This document shows, in pieces, positions 11,811-25,330 of a stretch of 60,000 bases of DNA. Location of the stretch: NCBI RefSeq assembly GCF_036321535.1, contig NC_087436.1, positions 121,646,001 to 121,706,000 on the forward strand. The letters run 5' to 3'. Within the stretch, counting starts at the first letter, position 1, and each line of letters starts with the position of its first letter. The notes under the pieces were generated by a model. It made no database searches. It was given only the letters and a program-made list of their open reading frames with translations, and was not told where the DNA came from. This DNA comes from Camelus dromedarius (Eukaryota). The translations under genes were made by a program, and so were the position numbers.

Positions 11811-14800
11811 CGGGCTCTGCCCGAAGTCCTTTCCCTGTTCGAAGTGCAGGCCCTGGTTAATCTGAAACCCTAGAGGGTGACGCTGTCTCTGTGCGCAGTG
11901 CCCCTCCGTGGGCATCCAGCTGGATGGGGCAAATCGGAGCCAGGAGCCTCCTGCAGGCCCGGCCCATCACCTCCCACCCCTCCCTGCACGGGCCCTGAGG
12001 CCGTGCCCAGCCCACACCCACCAGACTTGCCGGACCCACCTCCTGGCCTCTAGTTCACGCCCCCCTGGCCAGCCCTTCCTTGGCTCCATCAGGCCATTTC
12101 CACCACCGTGGATGGGGTCTGGCTCCTGCTGCTGCCCTGGGCCCAGGGCCCGGGGCCTGTCGCACAGGACCGCCGTGCCCCATTCCCAGTGCAGGCAGTC
12201 TCCTCTGCCTAGAGCTCTGTTCTCCGACAAATGCTTGCTCCCCCCTCGAGAACAGAACCATCTAGAACCTCACTGCATTCTCTGAATTCTCCAAGTCAAT
12301 AGCTCAGCCCTGTCCACCAGCGTGTCACATGTGTCCCCCAGCACTCCCCACGGGTCTGGGTCCCACTGAGTCCCCACAGCCCAGGTCAGTGGCTGGCCCA
12401 CAGCAGGGGCAGAGCGACAGATGGATGGCAGGACGGATGGGTCCGGGGTCATGTCTACGCACACGGCTACACCCCTGATATGGCTATAACCAGCACATGC
12501 CTGGACCGTCCCTTAGAGCCAGAGAGAACAGTGGCCTGGAGCTAATCTGACCCCCAATGAAAACAAATGTCCAGTGGCTGCAGCAAAGTCCCATTGCCCC
12601 AGGACCTCTGCTTGTTAAGACAAGCTGCCGTGCACCGGCTGAGCATTCGAATCTGCTCATTGCAAAAGACAGAACAGGAAACAAACAAACAACAACAAGA
12701 AAAAACAGAGAACAGGCCAGCATCCCCAGAATTCAGCGGTATGCTGGGGTCTAGGAGGCCCCCAGGGCTTCTCAGGGCTGCCCAGGGTGGAGGCGAGAGG
12801 CAGCCCCGCCACTCCTGTCGAGGGCCAAGGGGCTAGGGGATATGCAGAAGAGGCTGGCATGGACAGCTGTCCACGTGGAGCCTGGCGAGGGCCAAATGGA
12901 GGCGGGGTGTGATCTCTACTCTGGGACCCTTGGCCCTTAAGCTCTGCCTCCACTGAGGACTCATAAAGCCCGCTCAGCCCCAGAGCCCACCCAGGCCTCC
13001 TCTCTAGGCCTGGTGTCCTGCCTGGAGCCATCGTTCCCAAACTGGGCAGCATTTCTCAAGGGCCAGGGCTGAGGGCTGGCTCAGCACAGGGAGCGGGGCT
13101 GGGGGCCCTCCGAGAGTCCAGGTGCAGGGGGCACTCAGCAGAGCCCTGGGCAGGGTTCCTGGGCCTGAGGAGCAGCCCGTCGGTGGGCGGAGGCTGGCTG
13201 GCAGGGCCTCCGGGCCCAGGTCCACCATCAGGCCCAGGGTCCATGGCAGGCGGTGGTGCGGGCAGTGGGTTCGGGGGAGGGGCAGGTTGGCAGCGTCACT
13301 CCCCGGCTCCACTCTTGCCTCAAACCACAAGCCAGCAGAGGCGTTTCAGGATTCACACTTCAGTCATCATGACTCTGACAAGTTTCCACCTTTTAATTGC
13401 TTGAGAAAGAAACTCTCCAGAGTGCTGACGTGTGGCCGGGCCCACCCCCACGTTCCTGGCCCCTCGCCCACGGCTGCAGCCCGCCCCACTTGCCAGCCCC
13501 TCCCCACCCGCCGCCTGGCCGGAAGAGGCTCACGGCCACGCACGCAGCCAGCGTGGGCACCCCGCACGGGGCACAGGCCCTGCCCCCGAGAGGCGCTTCC
13601 CTTCAGATGCTCCTGTCCACCGCGAGGGCTGCTCCACCCACAGGACCTTGGGGGGCAGGATGGCACTGTGGTTAGAGCACAGGCTTCCCTGGGGACAGGC
13701 TGGGTTCAGTCCTAACCTTGTGGCCTGCTCTGAGCCCGTTTCCTCAGGTGAACCGTGGGGCTATCCTGAGCACCACCTGGCACGGCTGGGCGGGGCTACC
13801 CCAGGGGTTCAGTTGGCCACACCAACATCATGGTCGTGTCAGGAAGGGAGAACGCTCTCCTGAACCGCTCCTGCTGGGAGCCAGGCAACTCCTTTCCACC
13901 CTGCCCTTGCGGGTCTGGACCCCCAAGCACCCAGCCTCCCTGCCCACCATTGGCCCCGCACTGAGTCACATTCCCAGGGTTAGAAATTCCACCCAAAGGT
14001 GACAGACACATTTGTCCCGGTGGCTGGCTCAGCCCAGAGCCATTTCCCTTCTCCTTGGCCCCACTGCCACCTCCTCGGCCCCACATCCACACCCACTAGG
14101 CGCACACACAGCCCCGTCCCTTCTCCTGCACAGGTTCTGCCCACGTGCAGGACCCCTCTCCCAGCTCCTAGGAGCCGCTTCGCCCCGCTCACGCCCCCCT
14201 GCACACTGACTGCAGCATTTTCAGTCTGTTGACTGTCCGCCCCTCTCTTGACATAGCTCTGGGGGACAGTCATTCCTTGTGTCTGCCCCCTCGGTATCCC
14301 CAGAGTGGACCCAGCATGAAACAGCACTGATACCCCCACAGCATGAGCTAGTGGGGTGCAGATCCCACCCCATTGGTGGGCACTCCTTACTCTGCATGGG
14401 GTCCAATCCTGGAGCTCATTTACTGAATTAAACCATTCATCTTGCCCCAAGCATCCCCACTTCTCCATCCCTGGGGGACCCTTGGCTGCAATGAGAGATG
14501 CCTAGTGCAGGGGCTCTGCTGTCCACGGAGCAAGGCCTGGACATCCCCGGAATGACCTTGGCCAGGCACTTGACTTCTTCCAGCCTCAGGCATCCTTGTC
14601 CACAAAGCAAGGCCAGTAGTCACCACTGGCAGAGCAGGTGTAGGGCCCGGACAATGCACCCTCACACCTCACAGCAGGTGGACCAGGCCCCAGGCAGACC
14701 AGGCTGCCTGACACTGCTTCTGAGGTCCAAGGGGTGTGCTTGGGAGAATCCACTAAGTACCTTTGTCAGGACGCCCAGAGGGGGCAGCATCAGGCTGACC

Positions 14801-17800
14801 CTGGGCAGACAGGAACCCTCAGAAAGCAGGACTTCCCCGAATCCAGCCTGCTCCACCCCCTTCCCAGTCACCATTGTGTCCGCTCCTTGGGTCACGCCAC
14901 CCTGGCTTCCTCTGCTCACGCTCGCTGAGCCCCACCCTGCTGGGCTGCAGAAGGCCCCAGAGGTGGTTCTGGTGCTGGGTGCCAGGCCTCCCTCCCCACC
15001 ACACAGAGCCTGGTCCTGCCCTCAGCAAAGGGCCTGGTCTCTGCCACCAGCCCAGGCCTCAGGAGCACGGGCTATACCACCAGCCAGACCCTCCTAGGGA
15101 CACTGATGTCACATGCACAACCTGTGGGGACAGACTCCCCACCTGCTAAAGCCAAGATGGGGGGGGTCATGAAGGCGGGGGGCGCTTTCCTGCCTGCAGC
15201 CCACCTCTTGGGAAAGGAGGGCCAAGCCAAGGGCAGGGAGCACCCTCCAGGAATGTCCACCCAGGGCCAAGGAGTCCACTCCGTGGCCCACTCAGTCCCC
15301 AACTGCCCAGTCTCCTGCTCTCCTGACGAAGAAGTCGAGGCTGATGGGCTGCAGCCATGGCCACCTTGCCAGCACTGCCTGTGTGGTCCAGAGCCAGGGC
15401 CTCCTCATCCACACCATGCAGCCTGGCATTCTGGCCACACCTGGCTCTGAGGGGGCGTAAGGAGGAGAAGGAGCCCCAGGACCTCCTCTCTGGAAGGATG
15501 CTGGCTCTCACCTGGCAGAAAACCCACCAGACCAGAGGGCAGTGGGAGGAGGGCCCCTGGGTTCTGGGCAGAGGCTGGGGCACAAGGGGTGGGACATACC
15601 GAGTGCAGGAACAGGCACATGCCAGCCTATCCTCATGAATTCAGGGTCTGCCTCTGTTTTACACTTATCTCCAGCGCCCAGGGGGCCTTGTCAGGAGACT
15701 CTTCCGGCCACAAGCCCCCATTCTGAGCCCCGCTCGCCACTGCTGGTTCCCTGGTACTGGGGCAAAGGAAGACAGTCAGGGCATTGCCACCTGCAGGCAA
15801 ACACTGCACCCTTCAGCCCTGGGGATCCAAGTTGGCCTCGCCCTCTGTCTGGGGCTCCTAATCCGCTGGAGAGGCAGCCACCTCTGACTCACACCCTTGT
15901 GACAACCCACCCACCCAGACACAGTGACACATCAGCTAGCATCGACATGCAGTAGCCAAGCAGGAGATGCCACGGAAAGTGTCTTGGATAGGAAAGAGCT
16001 TATGCAAAGGGCCTGGGGTTGGGCTGGGGTGGGAAGAGGTGCACAATTTCAGACAGGAGGGACAAAGGCAGGTCCGGTCCAGAACCACTTGTCAGGGCCA
16101 CGTGTCCAGCTGAGTGTGGATGGGACTCAGACCTGATGCTGGCACACCGCAGGGGCACTTGCTGTATGAGTCCACCACACTGGCAACCACCTGCGAGGCA
16201 TCGCAGGGTAGGCCGCCAGGGACACCGGCCTGGGACCCAGCAGCATCTGTTCCATTACTCATCTCTTTAGGATCTTTTGTGCCTCAGTGGCCTCCCTTTA
16301 ACCACCACAAAGCTCTGGGGTACCTCACAGCATTTCACCAGGTCAGAGTTCCCAGGTCAGGGCAAAGGGCACCAGGGCCCAGGGACACGAGGTATGGCCC
16401 CCATCTAGGCCTCCATATACCTCTGGGGGTCCCTGGGCCACTCACTTTCCCAAGAACTATCTGTCCTGCCCACCCTGCCACAGGCTGCAATCCATCACGG
16501 CCACGTCCCTGTCATAAGGCCCTTCCCTCCTTCCTCTCACTTCAGCATTTTAGGGTTTGGTTGGTCTTCAGTTTTAATCCATTTATTTTTGTCCTTTTAT
16601 CTCTAATGTTAATATTTTTGAGCACTTTTGAGCTGTTTTCAATTTTGTTTTTCTTTAATGCTGTCGAGTAATTTTCAGCCTCTGAGTTTTTAATTTTATT
16701 GCATTGTCTTTCGCTTTTGGTCATCTTCCGTTTCTTAGTAAACTTTAGGTTGGCCTCCGGAGGTCTCTTGTCTGGGGTGGGTCTTGCTCTCTCACCGGCT
16801 ACCTCCTGGGGTCCCCCGCCGGCTGGGAGAGGGGTCACAATGTGACAGCCAGCCCTTCTGCCTGGCTGCTGTGGGCAGGGGCCCCAGGGAGCAGGCCGCG
16901 GCCATTCCCAGGCCCAGGTCTCTGGCTGGACAGAGGCAGGGAGGCAGACAGGCCCAGCAGGGAGAGAGCCAGGGAGAGAGCCAGAGGCAGGAAGAGGCGC
17001 AGACGGAGGGCAAAAGAGGGAAGGAGCCCCAGGCCAGCCCCCAGAGCTGGGGAACTGAGAGCAGCTGTTCCTCCTTGGCCTGGGAACCCCAAGCGGGCGC
17101 TGGACCGATGACTCACGGCCGCTGGCTCCTGTCCGAGCCCCTCGGCAGGGGCCCACAGGGGGCTGGGCTGACCCCACCATTCCCAGGCGCCCTCACACTG
17201 CCCCATTGTTCAGAGGCCCAGTGAGGAGAAGTGTCTGGCAGTGGGCCCAGGTTGGTGCAGGAAAGGGGCCCAGCCTTAGCCTCCCCTGCGCCTCCGGGCC
17301 GCCTTCACAGATGGGGCAGGAGACAGGAGAGAGCGGGGGCAGGACAGGAGGGGTATCCATCCTGCCACTCTGCGACTGGGCACACGGTCCCTCTTCCAAG
17401 GCCAATGGTCTTGTGGGATCCTGCACCCCACACCCACCCTCCTACACCCCACCCTCCGACTCTGAGCCCTGCTCCCAGCCACAGCAGGGAGGCAACTCTC
17501 AAAGGCGACTGTGCTCAGTCTCGGGTTCAAGGCCCTCAACCCGCTGGTGCCCGACCACGACAGACGGCTCGCACACCCTCCCTGACCACTCCGCAAACTC
17601 AGGTCTCCCCAAGACACCCTGATGCCCCACAGTCAGGCCAGGGAGGGGTGCCCTCAGGGGTCCCCAGAGCCCAGTGCGGGGCTGGAGGCGGGGGTCTCTG
17701 GAGGCTCATCCAGGCCGGCCCTTCCTCAGAGGGGTGGGCGGCTCTAGTCAGGGCCTCTCCCTCTGCTCAACCTCCCTGCACCCCACCCCTGACACAGCAG

Positions 17801-20800
17801 CCTTAGGGGGCTTCACCAGATCCCCACGGGCAGGCAGAGCACCCGCCTGGCCCTGCCGTCTGCCCCGCAGGCCCATCATGGACAAGGCGAATGCTCTCGT
17901 CTAACTGTCTGCCTAACTGAGGTCCCCAGAGGCAAGGCGGCTTCTGATCAGCAGAGCCAGGGACCAAGTTCCTGAGTGCCAGCCCTTAAGGCCTCCTCCC
18001 AGCCGGGGACCTGCCACGGGCCTGGGGCGGCCTGTACTGGGTGGCAGAGGGGACACAGCTCAGTGAACACTCCAGAGACACCCTCCCCCTCCCCAGGGAG
18101 ACAGCCATGGGGTCACACGACTGTCAGCTGGAAAAGGCAGCAAAGAGGACTGGGGAGGGGACAGAGTCGGAACTACCAGAGCCTGGTACAGCCCAGCCTC
18201 ACCGGGTCTGCCTTCCCCAGCCCCGGCGGCCCCTCAGTGCAGATCACCAACTTCACCCTGGGCGCCTGCCCCCCGCCCCCACCGCACACCTAGCCCTCCT
18301 GCAGGTCCCATTCGCCCAAGGCTTTGAAGCAAGCCTCCACACAGCCACCACCACGGGGGATGGGGCTTGTGCGTCTGTGCGGCGGGGTGTGGTCTCCAGA
18401 CCCCAGGGTGAGCTTTGAAAAGAAAACAGCCCTTGCTTAAAACCCTCCCCCGCCCACAGCCCGACCTCTCTGGCCCCTTCTGCTTTCTCGCAGCCTCCCC
18501 TTCGGAGCCTCCACGCCAGCACACAGCCGGACCCCTTGGCCTGGCCCCTCCTGCCCCTCCTGCTCCCACCCCAAGAAGGCCCCACCTTTGGTGCCCCCAA
18601 TGGCACCTCCTACACCATTCTTGGGTACTGCCCACCGGCAGGCCAAGACGGTGCCTGCTGCCTCACCTGGCCCCGTGCCCTCCCCCACAGCCAGCCCGGG
18701 CCCAGCACCCAGGAGGGGTCCCTGTGTCTTCTAGGCGGCGGGTGAATCAACATGGAGGCCACTGGGGTGGGGCTGTCTCCTCCTGCTTCTCAAGACCTCA
18801 GCCCTGAAACAGCTGCCCCTTCGGTGCCCAGCCGGCAGGAACCCTGGGCTCGGGGCAAGGCCTCCTAGATCCTGCCCAGGGTGAAGGGTGTCTCTTTCTC
18901 AATGCTCTTCCTTCCCCAGTGACTTCCTGCCCCCAGCGCAGGCACAGCCACCACTGACCATAGCACTCATGCCCCCAGTCACATTCTCAGGAGAACAAGA
19001 AGGCTGATCTCAGAGGGGTCCTGCCCTAGGTGGCAAAACTTGCAGGGCTGCTGTCCAGGATCCCAGGGTGGGCTGGGCACCATCCCTCACTCCATTTTAT
19101 AGCAGGTGGACCCCAGCGCCACTGGAGCTGAGGCCCAGCTGAGCCAGGGCCCGGGGCTGCGCCCAGACCGGGACACCTCCCCTGACAGCAGGACCAGGCA
19201 TCAGCCTCTTCTGGCAGCAGCAGCCCAGGGTCTGGAACCAAATCAGGCCGGGTCCTGGTGAGGCCTGGAAGTTATTCCAGAGTCTCCCCATGGGCCGCCC
19301 TGAGCAGCTTCCCGTGTAGCAGGGAGCTGGCACCAGGGACCCCAGCCCTGGGGCAGGCCAGGCAGAAAGTCCCCCTGGGTAGGATCCGAGAGAAGACGGA
19401 GGTGGGGGGCAGGGGGGAGGACCTTGTGGGGAAGGGTGGCCAGCAGGTGTGCAGCACAGCACAAACAAGGCCCTGCTGGAGGCCAAGGCTCTGTCCCCAA
19501 GGGGCCTTGGCTCTGACAAGAGCTGGGTGGTCAGCAGGGAGACCGCAGTGGCCTGGCACCGACCGCAGGGGCTCTGAGGCCCTTTGCTGCCTCCAGCTTG
19601 CAGCAGGCCACTCCCACGTGCCCCGCCAAGCACCCAATGGCCACCTGAACCCCCAGGGGTTTCAGGCCAGATGGTGACGGCAGTAGGAAGCCACCTCTTG
19701 TCCTGTGCTGAAGGGCAGGGAACGCAGCGCTCCACCCTCTGCCCACCATGGTCAAACCCACCCAGCTGACTGCCAGCCTGCCGCCAGGGCCCAGCCCCCA
19801 GCACTGGGTTTGCCCGGCTGTCTGGGGATGCAGCGGCTCGGTGCCCACCTTTTACGCCCCTCAGGGAAGGCCTTCCTTTTCTGGCCTCAAATAGGAGAGG
19901 AAGCAGCCAGGGTAGGGAGGTCATTCTTTAGGAGACAAGGAGTGTGTTGAGTTTCCCTGCATGCCTCCCTCCTGCTCCAGCACGGGGCAGGGCGCTATTC
20001 CTTCCATCACTCAGGACTCCCAGGCCCGCCTTCCAGGATCCTTCCCCACCACTCTCCTGCTGGGTGCAGACCTAACCTTGCCAGGGCCGTGCCTAGGGGA
20101 CTAACTCCCTGGGACCTAAAGACCATGTCCCCGCTGTGGCCAGTGGCTCTGGGGAGCCCAAGCTGACCCCAATCTTGGCCCCAACGTGTGTCTCTAGGAA
20201 CGAACAGCCACAGAGAACAGAATGGCTTCCACTTAGAGTGGGCGCCATGGACCCCCCGCCTCAGTCACCCTGTCTGAACCACTGCTGGGGCCCCTGAGAC
20301 CGGGTGGCTGGAGTGGTGACTGTTGAGGGCTGTGGCAGCTGGAGCCTATGGCTCGGTGGGGCTGTGATGGAAACCTCGAGAGGTTCAAGCAAGGCCACAG
20401 CAGAACCACCCACTATGATCTGATTGGAAACTTCGCCAACCGGGCGGCAGAGGCCTTCCAAGATGACAGAACACATCTGTCTCTGATGATGAGCCGGAGT
20501 TAAACACGCCCTGCCTGCAGCCATCCAGGCTTCAGTCTGTGGGAGCTTCACAGGGGAACTTCCCTCCTCTGGGCCAGGCCCCCAAGGGCACTGCTGGGCA
20601 GTCAGATGTGGCCCTGTCCTTCATGAGTTCCCGGTCGGGCAGGGAGAAGCAGACAGGTAAACACGACCAGGGAATGGGCCCGGGCCTGCAGGAGGCATCC
20701 GCCTCGGGAGGTGGGGGCAGGGCCGGGGCCGGGCCCCAGCACCAAGCAGGACACTTAAGCCTTACTAAACTGCTTCTGAGGAAGAGTGGCAGGGTGAGCC

Positions 20801-23800
20801 AGACAGGCGGAGCTGCTACCTGTCCACTCCTGGGGACATGCTTGGCCCATGGCCTGGTACACAGGACACTCCGGCATGCCTGAGAGGGGCAGAGGCCTGC
20901 GGGCAGCAGCCTTCTGAAGGGGTCCCACCACTGCCCCAGCGGTAGGGTTCAGAGTGGGGTGGCAAAGGCCTCATCCTCCAGCCAGGGCCCTAAGTGGGCT
21001 GTGGGTGCTGCCCCGGGCTCCCAAGGCTTTGGGAACCAAGCCACGGCCCACCCTGCATTCCAGGACCTTGGGTCGACCCCTGACCTCTCTCCACTTTGCC
21101 AGCAATGAGGGGTGGGGGCCAGGCTGGCTCCGCCCACCCCGGCTCAGGGCAGTGGGTGTGAGGACACAGGGCTCTCTAATGCCACATAGCAGCTTGCAGG
21201 ATAACAGCACCCCCTCTGGCAGGACTAGAGGAAACCCCTGAAGTGGAGCTGCAGGGTCTGTGTGAGGTCAAGGACAGGGAGCCCAGCTGGGGCTGGAGGT
21301 GTGGCCCTGATGGCGCCCCTTGCAGGATCTAGGTCCCACAGTGAGGACTGTGTCTCTTTTAACTTTCCTGAGGATACCGTAAGTTAGAACTGTTTCAACC
21401 TCATTTCACAAGGAGCGACCTGAAGTCCAGAGAGTCACTTGGACATGAAAGGGACACAGGCTACTCCTGTGCTGGGAATGTGACTCCCCTCTGCTTCTTG
21501 GGAGAAACTGTTTGCTGGCTCAGAGAAGCCCCAGGGAAGCCTCCTCCAGGCTGGCTCAGCCTCTGTTCATGGGGGAGCCCACCCTCGGCACCGCACGTGT
21601 GGCGCCACCTTGGGGCTGTCACCTGTCAGCCTGGCAGGCCCTGGGGGCAGGGACCTCCGCTCCCTCTGCAGGTTCCAGCAGGCAGGCACCCCACACCCTA
21701 CCCAGTGGCCTGGAACGGGCGTGCTTGGCAGTGGGCCGCCCCTGCCCTGGGCTGAGCCTGCACACAATAAACATCTGATTCACAAGGAAGCAGAGGGCAC
21801 TTCTCGGAATCAGAGCTGCAGACCAAACCCTCAGGCCCCACCAACCAAACCAGGCCACTGCCTCGGGCGACCAAGCCCACACCCTTCCTGGAGGCCAACT
21901 GGCAAGGCGCCCTGGGGCCCACCGTGGCTAGCCAGCACGCGCTGAGGGTCAGTGTCCCCTGGACCTCAGGGTCAGGGGTGAAGGAAACGCCAGGTCTGCC
22001 AGCAGCTCCAGGTGGTTCGTGACCTGGGATGGGGGTGGGCAGGGGCTGACCTGCAGGCAGCCCCAGAGCTGGAACCTCAGAAGTTCTGGTGCCCAGGGAG
22101 AAGGAGGGAGTGGGGCGGGCTTTTGCCTCTCCTGGGAGCCCAGGCCACCTCAAGCCCCATCAGGCCCCCTCCCCAACGAGGGCCAGCCTGGGTTTGCACT
22201 TCACTGGGATGGTGCTTTGGAGTTCAGGTGCAGCTTGGAGCCTGGCCCCTGCCAAAGCCAGGGGCTTCTATCCCCTGAGAGTTCACTAAGGAGGCTCAGG
22301 TCTCCCAGCCACAGCTGAGCAGCAGTTCCCTCTCTCCTGGCATCACCCCGTCTGCCCTGGTGCCTAGGCCTAGGGCCTTTAAGGACAATGACCAGGCGGC
22401 AGGCGCTGCTGGGTCTGCCTGCCCAAGGCTACAAAGGGTCTAGAATGCTCCCTGGCCCCTCACCTCTCGGACTTAGGTGGCCCACACATAAGACTGTCCC
22501 CAGTCCTTCGATGCCTGGTCAGGGCCACTGGAAAGATCCAGAGGCCTTTTGGAGAAAGGCCGCCTACCTGGGGGGGAGGATTTCAGTGTCCTGACAGCCC
22601 CCCTCCCTGCCTCCCAGGCCCCTCTGCACTTTGATCCATGTCCCTCACCACATCCAGTGCACGTCAGGCCACTGGTCAAACTGGTCTGCCACTCTCTCCA
22701 CTGCTAGCCTTTGGCTCAGTCTGTTCCCACCCTCATGACTGTCCACCTGGTCCAAACAGCCTTCCTCCTGACTGCAAATCCTGCTCTCACTGGCTACCTA
22801 TAGCCCACCTCTCTCGGCAGTGCTGGCCACACTACCTGGGGTTATTACAGAACCACATATGTGCATGCCCCAGCCTTACTGAGGCCACCTACTGGCCAGC
22901 CAGTGAGGGGAGGGGCCTACCAGTCACTGACGCTTGTCCTACTGTAGAGCTTCAAGGACAGAAGCCAGGAGGACCCAGGCGGCTCCCCAAGTCTGGCCGC
23001 TCCTGACAGACTCAGGCCTTTGCCATGAGACCCAAGCGGGAGAGGACCTGGGAGCTTGCCCTTTGTCTCAGGCCTCTCCAGGTCCAGCCCCATGCCCACT
23101 GCCAACCAGAGGTGGCCTAGCTATCCCTGTTACCCAGCCCTGAGGACCAAGGAATACACCCCCAGTGGTTCACGGTCACTGCACACCAACCATGTGCCAG
23201 CACTAGCCAACCGCTAGACACTCACAACCACCCACGAGGTGGAAAGTCGTTCACTCCCTCCACTTGACAGACAAGGAAGCCGAGGCTCAGCAGTGTGAAG
23301 CCTCCAGGCCAAGATCACACAGCTGGTGAATGGTCGTGGCCACATTCAAAGCCAGGACCCAGGCCCTCTGTGTCCAAGGCTGGGCCACTTGGTCTGTGTG
23401 TGTGTGTGCTTCAGACTTCCCACCTGCAGGCCTGCAGCTTGCGTGCACCCATGTTGAGGGGGGCTGGTGGGGGCTGACTCAGCGCCTGACTTTCCTCTGT
23501 CCACGTGAACAGGAAGGGCTAAGGGAGATTTGGAGCCGCCCGCCTCCCTATCTCTCCCAGGGTAGCCTCCTTGGTGGGCTCCTCCCTGACTCTGTAAGCC
23601 TGAGGAACTCCCCCAAAAGGCCAGGCCCTCTTTTCAGATGGCTAAGGGGGACCAGTCTGGGCCACCTACCTATCTGTCCTTCTGCTTGCCCCCTCTGCCC
23701 AGGGTGTGTCCCAACACCAGGCACAGAGCCAAGTAATGGACTAGGGGGCAGGCAGAGAAGGGGAATTACAACAGAGTCCTCCCCCCTTAAAGCCCCTATC

Positions 23801-24699
23801 CTGGCCCCCTGGCCCACCCGGAGTGGAGCCCTCGCTCCCAGGGAGTCCTCCGGGTGTCCTGGGTATAGAACACAGTGGGAGGAGAGCCAGGAGGTCGTGG
23901 AACCCTGGCCTGGTCTCACAGAGCCTGGGCCAGAGAGGGCAGGGGGATGACCAGGCTCACACTGAGTCAGTGCTGGGCTGGACTTAAACCTGGAAACAGA
24001 CCACGACACCAGGACTGGCCAAGCCCCCTTGGCCATCAGACTGTCGTGAAAGAATTCTACACATTTTATCACCATCATGGCAACTGACATTTCCTGGGCC
24101 CCCTTTGTGCTGGGGCCTGGTTACGCACCTCATCAGGAAGCTCCCATGTGTCAGCCACACCGCAACTCCAGAAGTCCTACACGGAGCCCTCGCCCAGGCC
24201 AGGGCCACTTATGAGGGGCACTTTACTCAGCATGGCCACCTGGCCAGCAGGCACAGACGTCACCAGTGTTGACAGACGGGCAAGCCGAGGCACAGAGAGA
24301 GGATGAGAGGCACTCGGGGTCCCGCAGGGCGACAGGCGCAGTGGGCTCTTGGCTCCCACGCTGTAGCAGGGCTCAGGCAGGCTAAACACCCCCTGTGCAG
24401 CCACCGTCAGCACTTCACCAAGGGAAGCCTGATCCCAGAGCAGCAGGGAAGAGCTGGTCTGCTGGGAGGGGCCGGGCCCATGTGTGGAAGGAAGGCTGTC
24501 CCCAACCCCCCAACTCTGATGCGGTTCTTCAAAATAAGCATGGCAGACACCCTCTGAGCCACGGGGCTATCAGTCACTCACACTTCAGTGTGAATCAGCT
24601 CCAACAGGCAGCTTTTCTCCCACCTTCGTTTCGCCAGCTGAGGGAAGGAAAGTCTGGATTACCGGGAGGAGGTGGAAGCAAACTCTCCGCCTGGGCCTT

Positions 24700-25330
24700 C
24701 GGAGGCCGAGTCGTGCGGGTTCTGTAATGGGGGCCTGCGGCGGTTTGTGAGCCCCAGGGGCCTGGAGAAGCGGGAGACCAGAGGGATGAGGGGCCGCGGG
24801 ACGGACGCTACACCACTGCTCCCACCCGCGGCCTCCAGCGTGCACCCCGCGCACCCCCGACCCCGCGCACTTTCTCACGCGGTGGCGCCGCCAGGCCCGG
24901 TGCGAGCTGGAGCTGATCGCCCCTCGACCGCCCTACGGCGAAGACCCTGGCCCCGGGGGCTCCGACCAGCCCGGGGGACGCGATCGCGCTCCGCCAGTCC
25001 GCGCCCCGCCGTCGTGCCTTACCTGCCGAGGCTCTGCTCCCACCTCCGCGGGCCGTGCGTCCCGGCGGCGGTTCCGGCTCAGCCGCCAGGCGCTGCCGCC
25101 CGCCGGGCCGGTAGCCAGGAGATCTGCCAGCTGAGCGCTTCGGCCGCGCGACTCCGCCAGGGCCCGCCCGGCCCCGCCCGGCCCCGCCCCTTCGGCCTGG
25201 CCCCTCCCTCCCTGGCTCTGGGCCCCACCCCGGCCTCAGGCCCCGCCCGTTCTGTCTGGCCCGCCCCTGCGGGCCCCGCCCCGCCTCCCCTGGCTCCCCG
25301 GCCCCACCCAACCCAGGGCCCGGGACTCAC
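24700..25330. promoter_or_regulatory. CpG island / distal SH3BP2 promoter
   Basis: Very high GC and CpG density, multiple CCGCCC/GGGCGG Sp1 boxes. Confidence 0.85.
25023..25150 (-). other. SH3BP2: SH3BP2 distal non-coding first exon (5' end approximate)
   Basis: Minus-strand donor CAG|GTAAGG at 25023/25022 inside a CpG island, with GC boxes immediately upstream (25165-25285). No ATG in the exon. Confidence 0.7.

Noticed and set aside
20400..20520. C/D-box-like words (tgatga, ctga)
   Set aside because: They are on the strand opposite the host gene, in the wrong order, with no terminal stem.
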